Shown one piece after another: positions 1-13,288 of a stretch of DNA of 54,231 nt. The translations under genes and the position numbers were made by a program. This stretch comes from Salpingoeca rosetta (Eukaryota > Protista > Choanoflagellata): contig JAWQFM010000015.1 of NCBI GenBank assembly GCA_033442325.1, positions 1,277,096 to 1,331,326 of the forward strand, written 5' to 3'. Each line of letters begins with the position of its first letter. Positions within the stretch are counted from its first letter, which is position 1. The notes under the pieces are model-generated. The model made no database searches, had not been told where the DNA came from, and saw only the letters and a list, made by a program, of their open reading frames with translations.

Positions 1-7
1 GGACGAC

Positions 8-98
<91 letters not shown>
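8..98. repeat. (CA)n microsatellite, representative of dozens of (CA)/(GT)/(CT) tracts in introns and spacers across the window
   Basis: Directly visible. Confidence 0.95.
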
Positions 99-291
99 AG
101 AGCAACAGTAAGGGAAACAGCAAGAGCGTACCCCCGTTGGCGTCTGTGGCGCTTCTTCAACAAAGCCCGTGAATGACAGCTGACGATGTGCAAGCAAACA
201 TTGTTGCGTGGGGGGGGGTGAGAGAAACGAGCAAGCGAGCAAACAATGGCACCATCGCAACACATTGGCACACAGGGATGTGGCGGCGGTG

Positions 292-332
292 TTAGCTTGA
301 GGACGAAAAATAAGCAGACTGGACGGTGGCCA

Positions 333-373
<41 letters not shown>

Positions 374-1778
374 AACGGAGGCGCACGCAAGAGCTCACAC
401 ACACGCTCGCACGCACAGACACACACAGAGACAGACACATGCGCGCGCACACAGACACACACACACACGCATGCACACACACAGACATGTACAGACCTTC
501 TCGTATTCGTCGAGCACCAAACTGTCGAGATCTAAAGGAGGAGAACACGAGCGAGGAAGGGTTGCACGAAGAAGATGAGAGGAAGATGAACGACAAGCAC
601 AGGAAGGTGGAGTGCAAGAAAGAAAGGAGACATGCACAAGTGAGCACTTTCCACAACACATACACACACATACACACACACATACATACATACGAACATA
701 CACATCAGCACGCACCCTTGCTGAGGTATGATGATTCCTGCTCAAAGGCGAGCTTCTCTGATCGGTACGCCTCAGCACTCGCATCGTGGAGGTCGCGCGC
801 AGCGGCGTCGCTTCGGACATCTGCCGGCATAAAATGGTGATGAAGAGGTGGTGGTGGTGAGGGCGCCCAAGAAGGAGACGAAGAGTGAGACCGAGAGCGT
901 GTGTGCGAGAAATGCACGGCTTCCTGTGTACACAAACCCACACACACGCGCGCGCACAACACAAACCCACACTCCCTCACACGCTCACATACACACACGC
1001 GCGCACACACAACACAAACCCACACTCCCTCACACGCTCACACACACACGCACACACGCGCACACCCACTTGCGCTGCGCGCAAACCACCTTTCAGTTTC
1101 CGCATGAAGAGCCGGGACTCCTGAAGAGAAAGAAAGGGCACCCGAAACGCAAGATGGCATTTGGTCAGCAAGAGCAAACAAGTGCACAGTCTGGCAATCC
1201 TCCGAGCGCGGGAAACGCAGAACAGCTACAACAGCAGCAGCAACAATGACACGAAGATTTATGGCATGCGTGTGACGGGCCCACCTTGTTCAGCTTGTCT
1301 GCCATCTCTGTTGCAATCTAATGAAATGTGCGGTGTTTCAAAGTGAGCACAGTCATGTCCAATCAAAATGAGAAGCACAAATCGTAAAGGGGGTGAGAGA
1401 CACAGTCAGCCGCCGCAAGCAAGCATCGCCACTTCACACGCACAAAGGCTTCAAAGACGTACGCACACGCACACAAAGAGAGAGAGAGAGAGACAAAGAG
1501 ACAGAGAGGGGGAGGGGGCGCACACTCACACTCACACTCACACTTATTCACTCACTCACTCACTCATTCACACACACACTCTCTCTCTCACAAACACACA
1601 CACACACACAGTCACGCACGCACCAGCGGCTCGGTGCACTCAAACACGTAGACGGTGTGATCGCCTTCCTCCCGCTCGCCAGGTTGTGAGTCCCGTGCAA
1701 GGAACACACTGCAGTGGCCACCACATGCACAGACCCCGTCAATGCTCATTGAACCATCACAACACCACCACGGCAGCA

Positions 1779-1811
<33 letters not shown>

Positions 1812-2520
1812 CAAAGCACACACACACAACACGCTCAACACACACAAGCGAACTGGAGCAGCAAGCGGAACATGACCATGACGATGACGATGACGGCAGA
1901 CCGATAGTGCAACAACTACACGGCACGAAACAAACTTACAAACAGCGACCGTTGGCGCCGGCCAAAAGAATGTTGAAGATGTTGACATCGGCAAAGACAG
2001 ACGGGAACCCCCCACTGAGCGTCGTGGCAAACCCTGAGCCCACAACCTCACTGCCACCACCGCTGCTCTTGCGCTTCTTCTCCTTCTTTCTTCGCCATGG
2101 CGTGAGCCAACGGCCACCCTCCTCCTTCTCTGTCGAGCTGCGGTTGCTTCTGCTGTCGCTGTCGTCACCGTCGCCGTGACCGTCGCCGCTTTCCGCGCTC
2201 GTCCGCCGGTCCCGCGTGCTGCTCGCGCTCGCGCTGCCCTTCTTGCCCTTGCGCCCCTTTGTTCCCTGGTCACCGCCCACACCACCGCCTTCCGTGCTGT
2301 CCTTTGTTGTTGTTGTTGCTGTTGCTGTTGTTACTGTTGTTGTTGTTGTTGTTGTTGGCCGCACGCATTGCACGCCGTGTGAAAACAGGTGGACCACCAC
2401 GGCCTCTCGCTCGCTCCGCGCAAGCACTCGTGCAATGGCCAAGTTTGTCTTGCTCAGGTCCCGCCGCGCCGACGGCGGCAGCTGCTCCGTCCCTCGCAGC
2501 ACCACGTTGTACGACGTCAT
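292..2520 (-). CDS. Putative PTB/PID (phosphotyrosine-binding) domain adaptor, ~290 aa, 6 exons
   Basis: Exons 2520-1940, 1708-1624, 1120-1090, 820-716, 531-497 and 318-292 all have GT-AG ends and matching phases, ending at TAA. The translation has PTB-like elements: YNVVLRGTEQL, AIARVL, VHLFSHGVQCV, NIFNILL...RCFVFLARD...HTVYVFEC. A T/G/S/K-rich insertion interrupts them. The family call is by eye. Confidence 0.6.
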
Positions 2521-2694
2521 GGTGGTGGTTGGTTGGTGTGTTTTGGTTGGTTGGTCTGTTTGCGGCGTTGAAACTGCATTCTATGATGTCGTCTTACTCA
2601 ATAATTCCGACACCACAAAAGTCACATTTCGGATGTGCCTGCCTGCATGCATGCAACTTTGCCCACCCAGTTGTGGAAGTGCATCCAAAAAGCA

Positions 2695-2735
2695 TGACTC
2701 ACTGACATGACTCACTGCCACGGATGTGACTCAGC
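2695..2735 (+). promoter_or_regulatory. Cluster of three TGACTCA (AP-1/TRE-type bZIP) motifs in a divergent intergenic region
   Basis: TGACTCA at 2695-2701, 2708-2714 and 2727-2733 (the last reads TGACTCAGC), between divergent starts at 2520 (-) and 3340 (+). Function is inferred. Confidence 0.4.
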
Positions 2736-3339
2736 CACAGCCGCACCACACCCCTCTCTCTGTTCTTGCTGCTGTTGATTGCTCGTGGCCATCTTGAGGC
2801 TCACTGAGTGTGTCCCAGCAAAACCTTCGCCCATCCAGTGTCACTGAGTGCTCTGCCTTTGTTTGTGTCTTTTGTTGTTGTGCCTTTGTGCGTGTTGTGC
2901 GTGTGTCTTGTTGTGCGTCGTTTTGTTTTGTCCTTGTTTGTCTCTGTCGTGTGTCACACATCGAGAACACCACAGCGCCACAGTGCCAAGCTCGGTGCTT
3001 GTTGGTTTTCGAAGCCTTCTCGCCTTCGCTTGTTGTCCCCCCCCCCCCAATTTCTCTCTCTCCAGAGGGTTGTCGACTTGTTTCCCACCACCACCCACGC
3101 ACAGGCGCACGGCCGCCCACAGCCAATACTGCTTGTTGTTGTTTTGTTTGGCGTGCGAGAAACAGCGCAGCTCATTTTCCCGCACACTCCATCCAACCAC
3201 ACTTTGTCGCATCTTGCCGCACTCTGTCTGTCCTGAGAAGAACGCCGACAAGCAACACCACATCTCATCACACGAACCGACGCACACACCATCAGCCCCT
3301 TCCGTTCGACCTTCTGTCCGACCTTCCTTCCATCCGACC

Positions 3340-3885
3340 ATGTCCGAGAAGCAGCCACCAACGGGCCGAGGCCTCGGCGAGCGGGATGAGCAGCCGCCAC
3401 CATACTACCAAGCCCACCACGATCGCGTGAATGAGGAGGAGCCGCGCCGTGGCTTCGGAGAAGGCCAGCGGTCGCGCACCGCACGGGCCGTTGCCGAGTT
3501 TCCCGAGTACCAGCGGGTCCAACGCGTCTCCCACGAGCGCCAGGAAGAGTTCCGCAACACCATAGCAGGTGACAAGCAGCCTGAGCGGCGGCAGCCTGAG
3601 CAGCAGCGTGCCCGACACCCCCAAGTGCAGGAGGAAGACGAAGGCGCGCGTGATGACCGCCAGCAATACGAAGAAGCTTCTGCTCCGAAAGCCACTCCTG
3701 GCAAGAAGCGTTACAATCTGGAACCCATCGAGCACGTCAAGCAACGCGCCGAGCAAGCACCCCCCTCCGCTGAGAAGTACCTCCTTCTGCTTTGGGTGAG
3801 TTCCAAGATTGCCATTTTGATGTGTGACAGCTGGTTCTATGTCGCAACACAGCAAAACGCATTTCCAAACACGGACGTTTTGCGC

Positions 3886-3932
<47 letters not shown>

Positions 3933-4808
3933 CGCTGTGAATACGCTCGATTTGCCCCTCAACTCTTGCCATTGCTGTTGTTGCCCTTCGTTCTCCCCCT
4001 CACGTTTCGCAATCCCCCCCCCTAACACACCACGCACACACAACGCATGCACTGTCATCCAGGTTGGGCTGGTTTCTGTCGTGACTGGCCGTAGCCCCAC
4101 AAGAAAGACGCAACTGCTACGGCTGTTGCAGGATTCGAAACAACGCGCCGAGGAGGAAGAATACCTTGCGTGCGACTTAGACAGCTTTGACCGCATCGAG
4201 GACGACATCAACGCAGCCCAGTGGGAGGAGGCTCGCGCCAAAACCGAGTGCTTGCTGAGCGTCATCCGCCCGTTTGACATCCACAAGACACGGTACCTCA
4301 TCGGCCAGAGCCGCGTGTACGCAGCGGCAATGAAAGGCAGAAACGTCATCGTCTTCCTCGGTCGCTCGGGCGCCGGCAAATCCACCACCCTGCTCTACCT
4401 CTCCGGCTGCGAGATGATCCAGCGCGACAACGTCTATCACGACATTGGCCCTGCCCCCGGCGCTGCCCCCGAGGGCTTCAACGTCAACCCAAACCCCGAG
4501 TCAGAGACAGCGTACGTGCGTGACCTTCGCCTGCCAGCTGAGTTTGTGGACGAACTCGATGTTGACCTGGACGACGACACAATGGACATCTTCATGCTCG
4601 ACACCCCAGGTCAGAGGCGTTCAACCTTGAACCACAACACACCCATATTCCACCAGCCGTCGTCGCTTGCACACGTGCGCACACACACACACACATACTC
4701 ACACCGCACACGAACACACACACACGCACACGCTCCCATGCATATACTCCCACATATGCACATACGCACACGCACACGCACACACGCACACACACACACA
4801 CACACACA

Positions 4809-4847
<39 letters not shown>

Positions 4848-7800
4848 ATTTACATCTTTGCTCACCGCTTGGTCTCTGTTCCGTCGCCCGCACCTGAACT
4901 TTGCAGGCATTGGAGATAACTGCGGTCCAGAGGTTGACGTCGCCAACACCATCGGCATCCACCACGCCCTCAAGTCATGCAAGGGCTTCTGGCCCGTCGT
5001 TGTGCTCTCAAAACGCGACGGAAACAACTTTGAGCAGAGCAGAGACAGCTTGAAAGTTGCATCAAACCTCTTCAAGAACATGAGCAGCATCAAAAGTCGC
5101 CTGTCTTTCCTCTTCACCAAGTATGACAGCGTCGACGAGCACGCTGCGATTGAAGAGGCCTTCAAAGTCATCAACGAGCAAGTCCGGAAGTTGCCTGCTG
5201 ATGATCCTTACCGTATCATCGTCAAGGCTGTCAGCAACAAGCTGAGGCGCTTGCGCGGAAAAGAAATTGTCCTCCCACTCGACCCAGATCGCATAGTTGA
5301 TCACCTGAACGGCATGCTTGAGAAGGGTCCTGTCAACGCTAGGAACGTGGCCGACCAGCCATCCCTCCTCTCCACGTCTGAGACTGCAATGGCTGACCAG
5401 GCTCGCCTCAACCTCGATGCCATCCAGTTTGCCATGGAACGTGGCGAGTACGACCTCGCCGTTCAGCGCGTCAAGGAACTGCAGGACCTGCAGGAGGTGG
5501 TGCCGTCCGAGGAGGTGACGCGAGGCATGCGGGACGCTCAGCAGGCGATTGTGCAGCACCTTACGCGTGAGTTCAACGCTGTGGTGGAGCGCATCAACGA
5601 GTTCAAGGATGCTTCCACCGGCTTCATTGCCGTGGATGTGCTGGACACCCTCACCGCCATCGGCAACGCCACCCGCTTCTTCCAACACGAGCTGCCAAAC
5701 CTCGACCTCTCCGCCGTCTCTGCAGAGGTGACGGCCTCCGCCCTTGGCGACCTGGTCAACACACTGCAGCGGGACGTGGGCCGCGCTGAGCTCTCCGCCC
5801 ACGCGCGCGTCAACCAGGCCAACAAGCTGCGCACCCTCGTCAGCGCCATCAGCAGCATCCCTGCCGAGCGGTACGAGAGCGCTGCGCAGGGCCTCGCAGA
5901 CGAAGTGCTTTCGATGCAGCGGCGTGCTGTTGAGGCGCTCGAACAGCGACAGCTGCACGAGGCAGGCGATCTAGGCACAGCCACGCTGCAGGCTGCAGAC
6001 GCCTTTGCCGCCCACCTCGACGCCACCCGCACGGCCCAGCTGACAGGCGCCAGCGTGGGCTCCAGTGGCGCCGGCAGCAGCGGCAGCACATCGTCAACAA
6101 CAACAACAACAACAACAACAACAACGACGACGACGAGCACTGCCAGCAGCCAGAAGACCAGCGCCAGCAGCCTCCCTCAGCAGGTGGGCGAGTTCACCGG
6201 CCAAGTCGAAGTCGAAGCAGGGACCGCCCAGTCAGCGTCGCAGCGCATTGCTCCCTGGCGGGAGGCGTTCACCAAGTCATTGTTGGCTCTGATCCGTCAC
6301 CCATTTCAGCAAGCTCGTCACGCCCTCTCCGAACTCACCCCAAACAACTTGGGCCTGAAAGGACAGCCCGCTGTGGACGCGTTGGCAACAGCGCTGGCCC
6401 TCATCACCGATGTGCAGAAGACGCCTCGGCTTGCAGCCGTCATCGGCGCTCAGCAGCTGGAGTCGCTACTCGACCAGCTTGTGTTCGTGTGCGACGAGCA
6501 CCTCACCCACATCATCGATGAGATCAAGCGCGTGTGCCAGCAGGACCTGACCGACGCTCTTCAGCAGGCAGAGCCGCTTGTGATCCACCTCATCCGATTC
6601 CGCGACTTGCCCTCCGTAGACTTGGCGCGAAAGTACGCCCGCCACGAGGCCGCAGCGCGTGCAGAGGTTGTCCAGGTCGTTGGCACTGCCCAACAGCTCG
6701 TGCGCGACATTGTTGGGCACAAGCTCTTCAACAAAGACAACGCCGCTTACCGAGACAGGGCATTTTTGCCGGGCTTGTTGCAAGCCCTCAAAGCGGCCAC
6801 GTTTGCTAACCAGCTGCAGCCAAACATGATCGACACGACCATCGATACGCTGATCCGCAACGTGCGAGATGAGGCCTACCAATTCGTTGCGGTCGCCACC
6901 CGCATGCCCATCCAGCTCGACAACCCCGACATTGTTCCTGATGTGGCGGATGCAATCGACCAGCTCTCCGGTTTGCGTGCATTGGGCAGCGTCCTCGAAG
7001 GTGTCGATGAGGGCTACACCAAGGCCATTGATCATGTAAACGCAGGTGTTCAGCATATCATCGAAGACACGGAACGGTTTTTCTCTGAAATCCCAAAAGC
7101 CCCTGCCACCACCAACGCTGACGCGAGCGATGGCGACACGCGCCTTGACTTCCAGCTCGACCTGCGACGTGTGCGCCGCATTCACTACTTCCTCCACAAG
7201 GCGACAAAGGAGTGCATTCTCAACCACTACATTGCCAGCATCAACGATTTGAAGAACCTGCTGGAGGTCTCCATGATCAGCTATGGCGTCTACATCAGTA
7301 AATGCCTCTCCCACATCAGCACCGACGTGCTCCAAACGTTCGTGGACGAAGCGGCTTCCGATCTGGCGGCCGCCACCAAACGCCTGAGGACTGCTTGCCT
7401 CACGCTCCAGATCCGACTAGAGGACCTGCAGCGCATGGAGAAAGACTTTCCGGAACTGCATGAGCTGGCGTTCCAGACCACGCCACGAGAGCTCATCCTC
7501 TTGCGTCAGGATGCACAACATCGAGAAACCGAGTGCGAGCACCTCAAACACAGAGGCTTGCTGCCGGAATTACACCGTCACGTGCTGGCTGCAGGCGTTT
7601 TGCGTCAACTTGACGGCGTCCTCGATCTCCCACCAGGCGGCACGTACAACAACCTGTACGAGCGATTTGTCAAGGCAACGAGCGACTACGATGAAGACAC
7701 TCAGCGGCAGTTGACTGAAGCCATTGACCGCCGTGACTTCGGGCAGGCTGCCACTCTGCTGAGGCGCCTTCGCCACACAGGAACGACACCGCGGCCCACA

Positions 7801-10800
7801 TTGGACCAGTCAATTCTCACTGCGGTTGATGCCGTGTACTCCGAAAGCTGGAATCTTGCTCGTCAGATTACAACTTACTTCATGACGGGTGATGAGCTGC
7901 TCGCTCGGTTTGAAGATCTCGGACGAGCATTGCGTGATGTCAAGTCCACCAACGCCCTGCACGCTGCAGACTTGAAGCTCGTCAGCGACGAGCAGGCCAA
8001 GGAGTGGGAGGTCAAGCTCATCAACATGCAGCAATCGATGCACGAGTTCTTCCTCAGCGAGTGCATGTATGCAGAGGATAACATGCAGCGGTGTTGCTTT
8101 GCACTTGCCAAGGAACAACTCAATCTCCTACAGGCGTGCCTTGGAGCTGTTGCCCAAGAACTTGAGGGTCTGGACGATGTACAGGCGCGCATCAGCGACC
8201 TCAAAGCAAGCATTCTCAAGGGCCCCGAGGAGGCTGTTGCTGCCTTTGAGGGCTTGACATTGGAGGAAACCACCCGCAACCCACCACAGATTCTGACGCA
8301 CCTTGAGCAGGAGAGCGCACACATCAAGTCAGCGGTGAACGAGCACATGAGGAAGCTGCTGTCAGATTTTCGTGCACGATTGACAGCGGAAGACGTGACA
8401 AACGTAAACCAGGAGACAGTGACTCAACACTTGGACCACTTCAAGGCCCTCTGCCCTGACGACATCCAGCAGCAAGTGGACGTGGTCGCCGATGAAATTT
8501 TGGCGACGCTTCGCCAGCGCATCGCAACGCGCGCAAATCAGCTTGAGGAGCGTTTGGAACAGGATGACTGGGATGCTGTCAGGGCAGACGTGGAGGCGGC
8601 TCGCAAGCGAACAGGCGGCGAATTGTCAACCAAGATCTATGCGCAACTCACCGCAAAGGTCGAAGCCATCGCTGATGAGGCCTTATGCGCTCTCGACCGA
8701 AAACACGGACGCCAAGTGTTGCAGGCCGTGAGGCGTCTCGCCAAGTGCAAGGAGGTTGGCGTGCCAGCTGCCGCAGCAAAGCTGAAGGGGATCGTGCAGC
8801 AAACAAGGACCAAGCTCAGCAATGAGGTCCACATTATTGCTGATATGTTGGCCGCCCCACAACTCACCGAGACAGGAGCCGTCACACACGATGCAGTTGG
8901 GGCGTTCGTGAGCAGCTTTATCTACGCGCTCTATTTGGAGACGGCAGGCAATGTTGCCATCAAGCCGGCGACTCCAGCGGCAGGTGGTGCTGCGCTCAGT
9001 CGCTCTCTCAGCTTTGACGAGGCCGGCTCCATCCTGGATGACCTCTTCCAACGCGCCCATTCCTGTTCCGACGCAGCCGCGAAGCTTATGGAGGACGTGA
9101 ACAACTTGAAGTCTGCAATGAAGGAGCTCGAAGCTTCCAAAGTCGACTGGAAACAGTTTGCTGTCGGCAACACAGACTCGCTGGTGTACCAGTGTCGTCT
9201 CCTCGCTGCTCTCGGGACAGAACTGGCGAAGCCGTTGATCGCGCGGGAACTCAACCCTGGACCAGATGTGGTAGATGCCTGCATCAAATGCAAGGACAAC
9301 CTGGACAAGGCGCTCAAGGATGTGGACGAGCTGACGAGCCAGTGGTGCGAAACGAGCCAATCCATCGACGTGCTCGACGCTCGTTTCAACGTCAACTCAG
9401 AGGAGAGGCACAAGGCCTACTCGCGGCTGTACTGCACCCAGCGCTTGCTTGACCTGACCCATGACCTCGTCTCCTACGCCAATAACGGTGGCACTGCCCA
9501 GCTGAGACGGGTCAACTTTGCAGATTTTGTGGACACACAGGAGCAACAGATCAGCATGAGGCTCAAGAGTGCGCAAGCGTCCCGCAAGTACGACGAGCTG
9601 AATAGCCTCATGGACCACCTGAACAACATTGCTGCGCTCAGAAATGCCAAGCCACCGCCGTCTCTGGCAAAGTCAGTCGGATCCAAGCCAAGCTCTCCGT
9701 CGAAGGGCAAGCGAGGCAAAGGACGAGGCCGAGGGTCGAAACGAACCCTTCCGGAGCGATCGAATGGAGCGCGCCAGGCTTTTCAAACACCAGCGATGAT
9801 GGACCTTCAAACCCATCTCATGGAAGATGCGAACAAGCTGGTCGGCGAGTTGAAGCGCGCAAGAAGCAACGACGCCATTGCGCGCGCTTTGGTTGAGCTT
9901 CAGAAGATGGCTGACGGCGTGGAGTGTGTTCGTGATAGCATCACTCGGCAAGTGAGCGATTTCCTGGAGGTGTACAACAGGAAGAGCGAGACAAGCATCC
10001 CCAAACTTGGGCTGTGCCTTGAGCAACTCAAGTCGCCCGAAGCACAGCGTGTGCTGCAAGGATATGACGTGTTCACTGGGTATCTGCGTCGCCTCTTCAA
10101 CAACAAGATCAGCTCTGTGGGCATCGACGACGCGCTGAAGACGCTGTTGAAGGATGGCATCAATCACATGAGTGACAGCCACAAAACGGATCTCAAGACC
10201 ATGTATGATGAATTCTTGAAGCTGTACCACGACAACCTGAAAATGATCAAGGATGGGCAAAAGGCGGTGGACGCCCTTGCTGCTCGTGCCAAGACTTGCG
10301 CAGCCAAGGTGATGGACGAGCCTGATTTGCACAAGGATCAGCTCGATTGGACCGTTGACATGAAGGATGCGCTGCCACGACTTGTCGCCAACATCTTTGG
10401 CATGTGGACGCTGCACCATGCCAGCAACTCAAACCAGGCACGCGAGGAGCTCCTGCAGCCACACCCTTCCCAAGCCCTGGCCATCTTCCGCCTGCTTGGC
10501 GTTGGCACTGCGAAAGACGAGCTGCACTCCAACCTTGTGCAGGTCCTGACAGGACAAGGCAAAGCCGTCATCTTGGCTGTCACAGCATCTGTGCTTGCGC
10601 TGTACGGCATGCACGCCAGCGTCGCCTGCTACTCCGAGTACCTCAGCGTTCGTGACCACAAGGACTTCTCATTCTTGTTTGACAAGCTTGGCGTGGCTGA
10701 TTGTATCGAGTACGGCACGTTCAACGCCCTGTGCGAGTCGCACATCAACAAGGAGGGTGACATCCGCGAGCGCGTGCAGCACCTGATTCAAGAAGACGAG

Positions 10801-12912
10801 TTCTGGAAGCCTGGTCTAGTGAAGCGTGCCAAGGACAAAGCAGCTGCCTGGAAGGACAAGGCAGCAAGCTACTTCCCTGGAGGCACCAGCTCATCCAAGG
10901 TCCCACGGCCTCGCGTGCTGTTGATTGACGAGGTGGACGTGGCACTCGACCCAAGCATCATGAGCAACACGTACGCGCCCAACTGCAAAGTGACCAACCA
11001 AGCAATCAGGAAGTTGGTGATGTTCTTGTGGGACAACCGCGCAAGCAGGCTTACGTTTGCCAGGGTGTCCACCTCCGAGCAATACCAGTCTGTGCTGTCC
11101 TCACTGCAAGCCCCCTATCACGGTCTCCTCCGAAGCTGCGTGAACGCCATGATTATTGACCTGCAATCGTATGAGAACCACGGGTACGTGTTTGAGGGCG
11201 GCCGCATCGGTTACAAGCTGCACGACACCATCAACTACAAGATGCGCATGCGCTACAAGACCTTGTTTGCGCTCATGCACGAGCTTGAGAAGGCCGGAAC
11301 AGATGTCCACCGATCAAAGGACGTCAACACGGAACTCACCTTCCTCATCAACTGTGGCGCCTTCTCGTACTTTGAGGTGCAGCGCACGTTCGCCTGCACA
11401 CTCGGTGTGACGGGCACGCTCAAGGACCTGTCTGCTCCCGAGTTCAAGGTTTTGAAGGAAGACTACGGCATTCAGACATGCACGGTGATGCCGTCCATGT
11501 TTGGCGCGTCGCAGCTCAAGCCGTTTGAGGCAAACGACCTGAAGATTGTGCCCGCTGACCAGTACCATCTGACCACCACCCAGGAGATTCGCAAGCGCCA
11601 TGGACAGGGCCGTCCGGTGATTGTTCTGTTTGAGACGGAGAGAGACTTGCAAGAGTACTACCGGCACGACTCCCTTGGCGCCCTCATGCAGAACGTGCAG
11701 ATTCTGAGCGAGACGCTCTCCGCTTCAGAGAAGGAGACGATTGTGCGCAAGGCAACGCAGCAGAAGCGCATCACCCTTTGCACCCGCTCGTTTGGGCGCG
11801 GCGTGGACTTCCAGGTGCGTGACCCGGCCATCCCAGACAAGGGCGGCGTGCACGTGCTGCAAACGTTCTTGGCAGAGACGATGGCTGAGGAGCGGCAGTG
11901 CATGGGCCGCACGGCTCGGCAGGGTGAGCCAGGCAGCTACTCGATGGTGCTGTGCCGTGAGCAGCTAGAGAAGTTTGATGTGGACTTTGAAGCGCTCGAC
12001 AAGCAGGAGAGCAGTCACGAGCTGCGCAAGTATCTTCACAAGAGGCGGGATGAGGCGTTTGCGAAGAAGTTCAAGCAGTCGTACGAGATTGCGCGGGCTG
12101 TGAAGAAGGAGCACGAGGAATCGATGGCGTTCCTTGAGGAACTGAGTGACGAGCGCAAGGCTGAAGTGGTGAAGAAGCTTGAGAAGTGGAACTACACGCG
12201 CGAGGTGGCCTCCAAGGTCACGCGCACATTCTACGCACTCGATTGCACGTGCTCCATGGGCACAAATCTCAAGAAGACGGCACAGGTCATTGGCGTGGTC
12301 TTTGAGCGCATCGAGAAGATCCTCACAGATGCCGGCTTGCTTGGCAACAGCGACGTTGCAGTGCAGCTGGCGGCATACCGCAACTACAACGTGGATGCAG
12401 ACCAGCTGTTGCAGGTGTCTGGGTGGGAGCAGAACCCGCTTGCGCTGCGGCAGTTTCTGTTTGGCCTGGACGTGAACGGTGGCTGGGGCAACGAAGCGAT
12501 TGAGGTTGCGCTTCACCGCGCCAACATGGAGAAGGGCGTGTCGCAGGTGATTTTGATTGGCGACGCACCAGCCAACTCCCCAGATGAGGTGGCTGCTAAG
12601 CGCAACCATCGTCGTGAACGTTACTGGTCCAAGTTTCCCGAGTTTGCCAAATCCACGACCGCGGAGGCAGAGCTGCGAGAGCTGGCAAGCAAAGGCATCC
12701 CAGTTCACGCCTTCTTCATTGATCCTCGCGCCAAGAACTTCTTCAGACACGCTGCTCAGATGACTGGTGGGCGCTGCGAGTTCCTGGACATTGAGAAGGC
12801 GTCTGGCGCCGACCAGCTCACGAATCTTGTTTCCGAAGAGCTGCTGCGGCGCGCGGGCGGCGAACAAGGCAACCAACTCGTCGACACCTATCGAGCCACC
12901 TTCTGCAAGTGA
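3340..12912 (+). CDS. Giant multidomain protein (~2,979 aa): N-terminal P-loop GTPase, long helical region, SecA-type DEAD-like SF2 ATPase, C-terminal vWA domain
   Basis: Exons 3340-3795, 4132-4609 and 4907-12912 are phase-consistent. GTPase motifs: G1 [10 protein letters not shown]3 LDTPG|IGDN across intron 2, G4-like FTKYD. SecA-like motifs: [52 protein letters not shown]. vWA MIDAS: [22 protein letters not shown]. Confidence 0.85.
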
Positions 12913-12915
12913 TCT

Positions 12916-12980
<65 letters not shown>

Positions 12981-12986
12981 GTGTGC

Positions 12987-13036
<50 letters not shown>

Positions 13037-13288
13037 GTGTGTGTGTGTTCTGTTTTCACCCTTTCACCAAGCAAGGCATTTTGCCTTCAACCAACAAGCT
13101 CTCTTATTGACCTTGGATCTTGGTTCCTTCACGTGCGTCCTACTGTTGTTCGAGGCACGCGTGGCGTTGTATTCGTTCATGTTTTTGTTTTTGGTGTCGC
13201 TCATGTTTTTGTTTTTTGGTGTCGCTTTCCTCTTTCTCTTTTGTTCTTTTCGTACCCAACGTTGATTGCATAAATGGATGAAATGAAC

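Noticed and set aside
955-1045. Duplicated ~36-bp unit (acaacacaaacccacactccctcacacgctcaca) resembling a repeat-spacer array
   Set aside because: Only two copies in a CA-rich intron, consistent with slippage duplication; not CRISPR, and no cas genes.
10400-12000. SecA motifs as bacterial contamination or a real Sec translocase
   Set aside because: The domain sits inside a spliced gene fused to GTPase and vWA domains, flanked by typical host genes, and no other bacterial features are present.
5062-13074. Several 200-370 aa minus-strand ORFs within the giant gene
   Set aside because: Antisense shadows expected from GC-rich codon bias; no motifs.
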